Source: Eledone cirrhosa (lineage: Eukaryota). Taken from it: DNA of 64,000 nucleotides. A model generated the notes under the pieces. That model was not told the DNA's origin, made no database searches, and saw only the letters and a list, made by a program, of their open reading frames with translations. This document shows positions 52,690-64,000 of the stretch, piece by piece. The DNA lies in assembly GCA_964016885.1 (NCBI GenBank), contig OZ024742.1, positions 293,012,001 through 293,076,000 on the forward strand, written 5' to 3'. Numbering within the stretch: position 1 is the first letter of the stretch; each line of letters begins with the position of its first letter. A program made the translations under genes and the position numbers.

Positions 52690-52897
52690 AAATGTCAATT
52701 TAATTACCCTGCGTCAACCACTGGCGAAAGATGACCCGGTATATTTACCCAGAGACAAGTAAATGGTTGTTAATTCTTACGTTGAAGTGTCAGAGTTATG
52801 AGTCAGACGTAAGATATAAACCACAAATTAAGTGACATAATGGTTCAGTCATCTGTTAAAGACATACGTTAATTCCAACATGGTTTAGTTTACTTAC

Positions 52898-52945
52898 CGT
52901 TTCAATATATTCTGTCACTTCATATTTAACCTCAGGTAGTTCCAT
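52898..52945 (-). CDS. DCTN5: DCTN5 exon 1 (start codon)
   Basis: MELPEVKYEVTEYIET followed by a GTAAGT donor. The six exons total 552 nt (183 aa + stop) in an unbroken frame. Confidence 0.93.
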
Positions 52946-54589
52946 AGCTCCGATATAAAGATAATTAACTACAAAGGGCTAAGTGCCAACCCTATACCTA
53001 TTTTAAGTATCACAAACTTATCTGCCCTTTGTTCAACGGTGTAACCTGAAAGTGTATCCGACGTAATGATTATGGAACACATTAATGGTTAGTAACATAA
53101 GCACAAGGCCAACAATTTTGGAGGCGGCTAAATTGATCTCAGTATTGGACTAGTACTTTATTTTATCAATCCCCTGAAAGATGGAAGATAAACTTGACCT
53201 AGACAGGATTTGAACACATAACGTAAAGGGCCGGAAGAAAACACTAACAAAACATTTTGTCCGCGACATTAATAAAATAACTATTTACAAATGTTCTTTG
53301 TACAACGTTCAAAATTAACAGGAATACTTTTAATTCTATCATATAATTCTATTTTCTAATTTAATGAATTTTCTTTATGAATTTAATTTACCATTAACGT
53401 TTTCCTGGTGAATAAATTATATGTTATTTCGATGTTATTCAATAATGGTTTCTGATAGAGACACAAGGCCAATAATTTGGGGGAGGGGAAAAAATCGATT
53501 TAATCGATCCTTGTGCATTACTGGTACTCGATAAAATAAAGTACCAGTAACGCACTGAAGTCGATTAAATCGACTTTACATTCTCTCCAAAGTTGTTGGC
53601 ATTGTGTCTATATAGGAAACTTTAGTTTGGCATATACAGACTTGCCAACCTCTAAAACCCCAAACAGTGAGTACCATGAAAAAAAGAGCCCCAAAATGGG
53701 AAGATTTTACATAATGAAATCTATACCCATTTTCACATGAGAAGACAGTCAGCCTTTCTTTCTTTTCTTTTTTCTTTGGTCTGAGCTGGCTGTTCAAGAA
53801 TGATATGACAGTGAGTACCTACGTTCTATCTAATCTCTTCGGGCTTCCCAACCTCTAAATATCCCAAATGAGGAATTATGCATACATACTTCTGAACAAC
53901 AAACATACTTCTGCTGAATGGTCAATGCTTATTGTTTACAAACAGCAAAACAGCTGTTGTTTATTCCTAGCAAAACATGTTTATTTGGTCGCGGTCAACT
54001 GCTGGGATTGTGGAGTACGACGAGAACACAAATGAAAAGTTCCTGGTTTCGAACTCCGATAGAAACCTGCTACAAGCTGTGGTATTCTTTTTTTAAATAT
54101 TTACATTTTTTTTTTTTTTTTTCGTCGAGGAAGTGACTTCGTCTGAAACTGTGTTGAAACTAAAACATTTACTGCATAGAAGTGCCATTTTTGCTATATA
54201 AAAACACACAAAAACTGTTAACTTTACTTTATATTTATCATTTATTTCCTGGTGTCAAACTTTTCATCGCACTGGCTCAGTTCCACTACAACTGGGTTAA
54301 AATGAGGTAACAGGTCAATTTTTATCGGTTTCAGGATTTTTCTCCTCTTTTCACTTGTTGATTATCGTTTGTACGGCTCTGGATTTTATGTTCTAATTAA
54401 AAGGTATTTAAGTTTCAAAGTTTCAACTTTTAAACCATGTTTATCCATCATAGAAATTAAGTAGATTTAGACCATATTTTTCCCTCTCATTTTAAAGGGA
54501 AGCCATTCTTACAGCTATTTAACGATTATTTCCCTTGCATTAAATTTTAGAAAATTTCCCCAAATTATTATTTTTTTATTTTATTATTA

Positions 54590-55157
54590 GTTATTGGCAT
54601 AGAGTTACGGCCCTTTATGATCTAAGTTCAAATCGCGCCGAGATTAATTTTGCCTTTCATCCTTACGGAGTCGATAAAATAAAGTACCAGTAATGCACTG
54701 ATTAATTGCTGGCCTTGTGCCAAACAGTAGAAACAATTATTAGTTATTGGCAGTATCGATAGAGGGTCGGACACCATGCTTTGACGCATAGAGTTACGGC
54801 CCTTGCCATTCTGAGTTCAAATGCCGCCGAGGTTAACTTTACCTTTCATCCTCACGGGGTCGATAAAATAAAGTACCAGTAATGCATTGGGTAGTTTTTG
54901 GCCTTGTGCCAAAAGTAGAAACAATTATTAGTTATCGAAGGGCTGTGAATTGACAGAGTTGTTACAGCGTCGAACAAATGCTTCGCTGTATTTGTTCAGC
55001 TATTTGCGTTCTGAGTTCAAATCTCGTTGAGGTTAACTTTACCTTTCATCCCTACGGTTTCGATAAAATAAAGCACCGTAGCCAGTGGGACCGATTTAAT
55101 TGACTTTCCCCTCTCCTAAAATTGGTGGCATTGTGCCTAAATCAGAAACCATTATTA
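54590..55157 (+). mobile_element. Three tandem family-2 SINE copies
   Basis: Repeated GAGTTCAAAT...CCTTTCATCC...GTCGATAAAATAAAGTACCAG...CCTTGTGCC units. Confidence 0.78.
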
Positions 55158-55388
55158 GTTTGGTAACTAAGCATAGAGATGTGAATGAATGCATGAAAAT
55201 AGGTAAATAAAGTTACATGGAAGTTGGTGGGAAGTTTACCTGAACATACAGATAAAAAAAATCAACAGCACACAGAGATGTACAATTATTTTTGGTGATT
55301 TCTTTTTTTGAAAGTCCCAAACAAAGTAGAGAGCCACATAATGTAAGAGACTATAACATGGAAGAGAAACAAGACATAAAACCTACGT

Positions 55389-55582
55389 CAGACCTGTCGA
55401 CTTTCCCCGTCCGACAGGGAGATTTCCCATCTACTTTGGGGTAGGTGAGAGATGTCTTCTCTTTTAAAAACGGGTATAGCTTTCATTATGAAAAATCTCC
55501 CCATTTTGCTTCATTTCTCCCCGTTTTGTGGAACTTTTTTCACAGTACTCCCCGTTTGGGTTTTTATAGGTTGGCAGGTCTG
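55389..55582. mobile_element. Putative hAT-type MITE (related partial inverted copy at ~53637-53790)
   Basis: TIRs CAGACCTGTCGAC and GTTGGCAGGTCTG; imperfect flanking duplication CCTACGT / CTTACGT. Confidence 0.5.
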
Positions 55583-56741
55583 CTTACGTACATGTACAGA
55601 CAAATACACACACATGCACATGTCAAAGACAAAGCTTGTAGAAGTAGCAACACACAAAACCACACACATATGCAAGCACACAAACACATACATATGCATA
55701 CCACATACACACTTCAGAAAGTCAGGATGGAGTTTTACAAGATCAAACCGAAAAAGAGACACAAGAATAGTATTGAGAATATCACAGAATGTGTGATGAA
55801 AGAGCTTTGACAATAACAATCCAGTTACTAAAGTAACCAAGGAATGTATTAGTTAACTAACTAATAATAAAACTGGAGTGAAACTAAACTGGTGCATGTG
55901 TAATTATTGTCAACATGACCCACCCAAATTATAACATGATCTGTTTAACCCTTTAGCATTTACATTACTCTATATTTACTATTGTATTTGTGTAGTAAAG
56001 GCTTTATCTTACAAAATATCGTATCTATGAGATTTTGAGAACAATACCTTAACATCGGTATGAGTGGCTGGTTACAGATGGTTTGAACAGAAAGAGGTGA
56101 GAGATTTCTGGTCTGATACAGCTGGTTTAAATGCTAAACGAATAAACATAAAATTTCATATCAAGAATCTTACAAAATATAAAAAAATTAAGCTTTTAAA
56201 TAATATTTCTGAAAATATTCACAAAAGTCTTTTGGAAATTTTTCTAAAAAATTTTAGTTTTGTTTTGTCATCTTTCACTCCAGTAACACCTTTATATTTC
56301 TATCAACATTGTTCCAGTAATGCACTGGTGTCGATTTAATTGACTTTCCCCTCCCTTTAAAATTGCTGGCCTTGTGCCTAACAATATTTCTATCCACATT
56401 GTTCCAGCTTTCTGAACATTTTATCACTTATTATATAAGTGATAAGATGAGTTATAAGCCCAGGCAAGGGGGTTTTATGGAAGACCAGTTTACCATATCA
56501 CACACTATGTGAATACTGGTCCACTTGTTCTATGTATCAAGACTACCAATTGTACACACACATTCATGCATGCACCACATTTTAATATAGTTCTTTTAAA
56601 TAATTGATGAAGTTTTCTTTGATATGTATATATTGTATCTGGGCTAAACTTTACTATTAAACAAACAGTCAATGACTATAGAGGAATTTGGGGAACAAAA
56701 TTATTATCACAAAATGATATATATGCATATGTATGTATATC

Positions 56742-57395
56742 CGAGCAGAATGAACTAAGTGAGAAATTAGGAATAAGAGGGATCAGATGCTGTTTACTCG
56801 AGAGAAGACTACGTTGGTATGGTCACGTGATGCGCATGAAAGACGACAGCTGTATAAAAAAGTGCAGGGCGATCAAAATAGACGGCAGCTACGGAGTAGG
56901 CAGACCCAGAAAAACCTGGGATGACTTGATAAATTCCTACCTCACACACTTACACCTCTCCAAGACAATGTCACTGGACCGAGATCTTTGGCGCTACGCA
57001 GTAATACAGAAGACCCACCCTGCCTAAGTACAAAGCGAAACCTACAGTCAGTAGGCACCTCTTAACCAAAATACACCCCATCCCACTACCCCTACCCCCA
57101 CCCCCATCTACGCCACCCCCATCGATGTAAAGTTGTGTTGGTACCACAACATCCAGTCCTAAATAAATGAGGTCGTGTAGGTGTCACGACAAAAAAACAC
57201 ACAGTCCATGCTGTAATGTGGCCGTGTAGGTAACACGGTAAAAACCTCCCAGTCCACACTGTAAATGTGGTTGGTGTTAGGAAGGGCATCCAGCTGTAGA
57301 AAACCCGCCAGACAGTCCTGAGCAAGACAACCACTCTTGCCTCAAGTAGGACAATTCCCGTCCAGACCCATGCTAGCGTGGATGATGATGATGAT
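56742..57395 (+). mobile_element. 5'-truncated copy of the same RTE LINE (ORF C-terminus, 3' UTR and (GAT)n tail)
   Basis: MRMKDDSCIKKCRAIKIDGSYGVGRPRKTWDDLI matches the 42287-42470 region; the 3' UTR matches 41900-42270. Confidence 0.9.
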
Positions 57396-57502
57396 ATATA
57401 TATATACAAATGGAAGTACAGCATATTCGAAGCTCGAGCCGCAGCTAAGCCGACGAATGCAATCAGAAGTGCAGCCAAGCACTCGATAAGGTATAAAACC
57501 TT

Positions 57503-57848
57503 ACTGGAGCAATGTGAAATAAAGTGTCTTGCTCAAGGAAACAACACATCACCCGGTCTGAGTTCAATTCTCAGACCGGGTGATGTGTTGTTTCCTTGAG
57601 CAAGACACTTTATTTCACATTGCTCCAGTTTACTCAGCTGTAGAAATGAGATGATAGGGACTGGGGTCCCTATCATTCCACTGCAAAGTAGTTGTGGAGG
57701 TGCCACGGCAAAAAAGCACCCAGCACTCACTGTAAATGAGGTTGGTGTTAGGAAGGGCATCCAGCTGTAGAAATCAAGCCAGAATCAGTTGCCGTCCCAC
57801 CCTTGCAATCAGGGAAAAGCGGACGTAAAATGAAATGATGAATGATGA
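57503..57848 (+). mobile_element. Family-1 SINE whose 5' end is replaced by a perfect 60-bp inverted duplication
   Basis: Arms 57503-57562 and 57570-57629 with loop TTCAATT; the body continues to a (GAT)n tail. Confidence 0.88.
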
Positions 57849-57881
57849 TATATATATATATATATATATACATATATATAC

Positions 57882-57940
<59 letters not shown>

Positions 57941-59354
57941 CATCCAGTCCAAATAAATGAGATAATGAGATCGAGATCATGTAGGTGTCATGACAAAAAA
58001 CTACTCACAGTCCATGCTGTAATGTGGTCGTGTTGGTAACACGGTAACACTGTAAATGTGGTTGGTGTTAGGAAGGGCATCCAGCCATAGAAAACCAGCC
58101 AGATAGTCCTATATGAGCGAGACACGGTCACCCGACCAACCTTGCCTCAAGTGGGACAACTACAGTCTAACCCATGCCATCGTGGAAGATGGACGTTAAA
58201 CGAAGATAATAATGATGATGAGGTACCTGACAATGCACAGGTATCTTATGAAAGTAACAATGATATATGAGTTAGACTAACTTATTTTAGTCTAGCTGAC
58301 TTATACTCCCCTAAATTGAGATTTTGCCATAAGTTTAATATATTTTATTACTTCTCTGAGTTGATAATTCATTAGTATATTTTATCTATTCATTGAGATT
58401 TCATTTCATTTGAGTTTGAGTCCATGCTCAGGCCAAGTCGAAGACTCTACCCTCAAGATGTCTAGGTATTAGAGACAAATAACCTTTTAATTAATATTAA
58501 CAACTCCTTCATTGTAGATTAGATTTATACGGTTTTTTTTTATTTTGCCTCTATTTCTAGTGGCATTATAAGCCTGTTGTATTGTCCTATAGAGAGAGAT
58601 TTGTTCATTTAATAATTCTGCAACAGGACACCAGTGGTTTCAACAATGAAATGGTCTGTATACTTTATGATCAATATCTCCTCTTGTTCCAAAGAATTCT
58701 TCCCTGGTGATAGAATAAGTTTGTCAATATTGGTTATTCCTATGATTTGAAATGGCTGGTATTGTTTCTTTTGTTCTTGAAACCATGGTTGGGAGACGAT
58801 TATAATTTAGACTCTCTGGCTTATACTCTCCTAAATTGAGATTTTGGTATAAATTTAATATATGTGTGTGTATATATATATATATATATATCATAAAAAG
58901 TTGGGGACTGATGGCCGTTTCAACAGCACTGGAAATAGCTGATGAAATGGCAAGAGTTCAGCCGTCAAGGCCCAACTTTTTACAATATTGGCATACTCTA
59001 CTATCCCAAGTATTGAGTAGTCTGTTGAGTAATGGTCTAACTAGTTTTAAACTGGTTCTATGGTTCTATCCTGATATATATATATGAAAAAATTCAAGAC
59101 CTCGATGACTGAGCTCCGGCCATTTCAACAGCTAGATCTGAGTAGTTTGGATCTAGCTGTTGAAACAGCTGGAGGTCAGCCGTTGGGGTTGGGGTCCTGA
59201 ATCTTTTCATATTACCCACTCTACTACCGCAAGTATCGAGTACTCTGGTGAGTAATGGTCTAACTGGTTTTTACTGCCTCCAATCTGATATATCTATATA
59301 TATATAGATAGATATCTTTCTATATATATATATAGATAGATAGATATGAATATG

Positions 59355-59415
<61 letters not shown>

Positions 59416-59419
59416 ATAT

Positions 59420-60150
59420 ATATATATAAAATGATTTCAACATTGGAATGAAGAGTTGACAGTTTAATATAAATAAAACCTAACAGAAAAATGTGTATAA
59501 AAGCTGCCAAGCAACCATATCATATGTAAAGGGTGACAAATATTTAAGATATTATTATCTACTTAATAACATTTGACATATTTAGATAGAAAATTATCCA
59601 AACTATGGTAGACATGTCTTTTAAATTTCTAGCAGGGAAAGTGGACATTAAAATGACAATAATGATTGTCACTAAGATACAGAGCCTCCCAGAGAAATTT
59701 AACAAAGCTAGACAAGACTGCTTTTGGACCTTGGTGTTGGGGGTTGGGAAAGCTCCTTTCAAAATTCAATGAGGCTGAACAATGGGATTTTATAGGTGTC
59801 AGTGTATAGCAGGGTGGCAGTGGTGGTGGTGTCATATATTTAAAGGCCTATCCTTGCTTCTTCAGGCCCTAGACTGATATACTGACTAAACACCCTACTT
59901 CTTGTTATTGGTCCTGCTAATATGTAGTTCTTTACTTTACTATTCAAGGGCACATGGCCTAGTGGTTAGGGTGTTGAGCTGCTTCTTTTTTTTTGCCCAC
60001 TTATTCTTGGGAGGATATCCAGCCACAGAAACAATTCTAAATGAAATATATTTGATCAATAGCTGGTCTCAAACCCATTTAAGAGGACTGTGGGTCTGAT
60101 AAATTACTGACTTGGTCTGTAGTAGCCCATATAACACATGTCAGTATGGA
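59420..60150 (-). repeat. Inverted copy of 14160-14892
   Basis: Near-identical reverse complement. Confidence 0.92.
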
Positions 60151-61816
60151 CACACTGCCAGATCATGCATTCAATTACTGAACTGGGTGGTACATTGTGT
60201 TTTAGAGTAAAACACTTCATATTGCTCCAGTTTAGTCACACTCCACCATGTCTCTAACAATATTGTATTGTAATTCCCACACTCCATCTTACTACCCACA
60301 CTCCATACCACTACCCACATTCCACTGTACACTCCATATTACTGCCCACACTCCACTATACACTTCATATTACTGCCCACACTCCACTGTATAGTTCATA
60401 TCACTACCAACATGTGGTTCTTATATGAAATTATGTTTGAAGATTCTAATTTTAATTTAAATTAAAAAAAGACGTTAAAATGAGAAGTGGTTTTGTTGCA
60501 TAGAATCAGAGTTGGTTTTGACTGAATTGGTATGAATAGGTTTAAATTTATTCAACTTGTTCATGTTGAAGCCAGTAAATTTATTGACAAGTGATGTCAG
60601 ACAGAGCTTAAGGTAATACAAAGAAGATTATCAATAAATAAGAATTAATGGCTATCAAAATGGAGGAAAGTGCATATGAGGTGCACTATTGCATGATGGT
60701 AACTTTAAACATCATATACTGCACAAAACCACATTAACAAAACAAAATATAAAACAGCCCTATGACTGCATCACATTACAATAAGAAGTCTTTACTCTAA
60801 TGTTGCATACTTTTACAATGATCTGTCAAGTAGTAAAGATACTATAAACATTTCAATTAACAAACTACATTAAACTGCATTAGCAAGACATTCTTGAAAA
60901 CTACATAACAGCATTATGATTGCATCACATTATAAATCAAAGTCTTTAGTTTACTGCAAATTTTCTCAACAATCTGTCTATTAGTAAAAAAAAATATAGT
61001 ATAAATATTTGACTTAAACCCATTTTTAGATATTTTCTGCTAAATCATTACAGGATGTTCAGAGTCAACTAACAACCACATATATTCACTGTACGTTTAG
61101 CATAATTACCTGCATTACATTAAATATGTATGTCTTTAGTGTAATCAGCGATTTGTCCACTAGTAAAGATACTATAAATACTTAAATTAACAAACCTGTT
61201 TTTAGACACTTTCATTATAAGATGTTAGAAAGAGCTCAAGGTAATACTAGTAGAAACTTATCAATAAAGAGGAACAAAGGTTTTATACATGGCTATCAAA
61301 ATAGATTTAACACTTGCAATTTATCAAAATACAAAGAATATGTGTGGTGTGTTTGACACACTGCTGGATATAAAGATATCTTAACAAAATGGCATTGTAT
61401 TGCTGTTGTGGATGTGGAGAGAAAAGAATTTTGTCTCTTATTTTGCATTTCTAGACACAGCCACATATGGAGATGCATAGCTTAGTGGCTAGGATGTGCT
61501 GCTCATGGTTTTAAGGCCTTGAGTACATTGTCTCCTTGAGCAAGGCCCTTTATTTCATGCTGCTCCAATCCACTCAGCTGGAAAAAAAGGCATTGTACTT
61601 GTAATTTAAAATGGCCAACATTGCTATGTTGCTGTATCCTGTTCAATTTCCATGAGAACTAAAGGGTACACATGTCTGTGGAATGTTCAGCCACTTGTAC
61701 ATTAAGTAGGCTGGTCTGTTGATTGAATCAACTGGAACACTCATTCTCAGAACTGATGGACATCTAACACATACACACACAAATATATACATTACACATA
61801 CTCATAAATATATATA

Positions 61817-62152
61817 TCATCATCATCATCATCATCATTTTACATCCGCTTTTCCCTGCTTGCAAGGGTGGGACGGGAACTGATTCTGGCTTGATTTCTA
61901 CAGCTGGATGCCCTTCCTAACACCAACCTCATTTACAGTGAGTGGTGGGTGATTTTTTCCGTGGCACCTCCACGACCACTTTACAGTGGAATGATATAGA
62001 GCCCAGTCCTATCATCTCATTTCTACAGCTGAGTAAACTGGAGCAATGTGAAATAAAGTGTCTTGCTCAAGGAAACAACACATCATCCCGGTCTGAGAAT
62101 TGAACTCACAACCTTTCGATTGCTAGGCCAATGCTCTAACCACTAAGCCATG
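61817..62152 (-). mobile_element. Family-1 CORE-type SINE
   Basis: Highly similar to 17326-17657; flanked by microsatellites. Confidence 0.85.
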
Positions 62153-62171
62153 TATATGTGTGTGTGTGTAC

Positions 62172-62227
<56 letters not shown>

Positions 62228-63749
62228 TCGCACCAACGTGAGGTATATGATTTTTAATGCGATGAAATACCAATGATCGTTGGCAAATCACTGATGAGGG
62301 ACTCATTTTATAATATGTAATCCATGTGCAACCATGCAGTATTCTTCTCCCCATATTTTTCATATATATATATATACATATACATATAGTAAAGATAGAA
62401 AATAAACAAATAAATAAATATATAAACAGACTAAATAAAGATGGCGTAGAAAATACAATGCAACGGGAGGAAACAATACCACCACTGACGATGTTGCAGA
62501 TGTGCAACGAAACAACTTTGATAGACTATATATATGTGTTTGCGTCTATATTGTATCTGTATTTTTGACCGTTGGTCAGTCAATGGCAACATTGAGGACC
62601 GAATAAATTAAATTAACCGATATAAAAGACACAGAAGCGAAAACCAACCAAACAGTAAGTGTGTTCTGTTATTAATTCTGGCAATATTACACAAATATGA
62701 CCCTCCCCAAGTATAACAATATTTGTTTTGACACACGATTTCATATCAAAAACCTCGCAAAACTATATATATATATATAGTTACAATTTGTTTACTACTC
62801 TCATTAATATTACTATTATATATATATATATACATAGAGAGAGGGAGAGAGAGAGCGAGAAAGAGGCAGACAGATAATATAATGGTGATCAGATTTCGTT
62901 AGGGGAAATCGAAGACTATGTCAACATGCAATGGCACAAATGTAAACATTGTTAAATTCTGAGGAGCTGATTTACCACCAGTGGCGGACTGGGTTTTAAA
63001 ATATTGGTTGCCAAGAGATGAAGGGGGCCCACCTACATATAGAATGCTAGCATTGGCCCCTAAAATACTACAGTGGGCCTTGTAATGCTAATGTGAGCCC
63101 CATGGAGCCCATTTGCCATTGGGCAACCTGGCAAGTCTACCACTGTATATATATATATATATATTTAATATAGAAATGGCTTCTACAGGGCTAGAACTGT
63201 TTCATTTGGGAGAAATCATCAGGAAGCCTGATGATTTCTTTTGAATAAAAGAGTTCTAGTCCTTTAGAAGCCATTTCTATATTAAATATTTATACTCTGC
63301 TATGTATTGAGTACCTTACTTACTGTGGTTACCCCCGATTGAACCCGGGATAAACTTATATATATATATTATTGGAAATTGAGTTTTCCTATAGATCCCA
63401 TTGGACAAGCATTTCTAGATATTACTCACCTCTTCATTGGGAAACATGTGCCAGTTATGTAATAAATGTTAGTCCTTCAAGTGTGAAATGCTATGTTCAT
63501 GTTACTTATTATATTATATTATATATACTAGACCACCCATCAACCATTGAGTCACGTTCACCTAAAATTATTATTTTTAAATCCTGTTCACTTAAAAAGA
63601 ATATTTAAATAATTAAAATATACACAGACATGTATATAATGTAAAGTGAAATTGGAAGGCCCATATATATATATATGTGTGTGTGTATATATGTGTGTGT
63701 ATATATATGTGTGTATGTGTGTGTGTGTGCATACATATATATATATATC

Positions 63750-64000
63750 GAGGCACATGGCTTAGTGGTGAGAGCATTGGCCTTGCAATCGAAAGGTTGT
63801 GAGTTCAATTCTCAGACCGGGTGATGTGTTGTTTCCTTTGCACATTGTTCCAGTTTACTCAGCTGTAGAAAGGAGATGATAGGACTGAGGTCCCTATCAT
63901 TCCACTGTAAAGTAGACGTGTAGGCGCCACGGAAAAAAAATGCACCCAGCACTCACTGTAAATGAGGTTGGTGTTAGGAAGGGCATTCAGCTGTAGAAAT
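63750..64000 (+). mobile_element. Family-1 CORE-type SINE (runs off the window edge)
   Basis: GAGGCACATGGCTTAGTGG...GAGTTCAATTCTCAGACCGGG...GTTAGGAAGGGCAT. Confidence 0.85.

Overview
AT-rich, microsatellite- and SINE-dense animal genomic DNA. The SINE/RTE repertoire looks like a coleoid cephalopod such as Octopus; this is an inference. Two host genes are recognisable. The terminal coding exon of an SLC52A riboflavin transporter is on + (11196-11396). A complete six-exon DCTN5 (dynactin p25) gene is on - (36547-52945, 183 aa). The rest is repeat landscape: a >9.8 kb 48-bp satellite grown from a SINE/LINE 3' segment; a near-intact Ty3/Gypsy element with 5-bp TSD and an apparent self-priming PBS; Helitron termini bracketing a ~2.3 kb array of TGCGCATGCGCG (NRF1/Ewg-type) motifs; a near full-length PHD-containing RTE LINE and a decayed Penelope-like element in DCTN5 intron 1; hammerhead-like motifs and short fold-back elements sitting in (TA)n tracts; and many SINEs and MITEs. 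Most long ORFs in the track are artefacts of tandem repeats. Repeat boundaries were read by eye and are approximate unless junctions are quoted.
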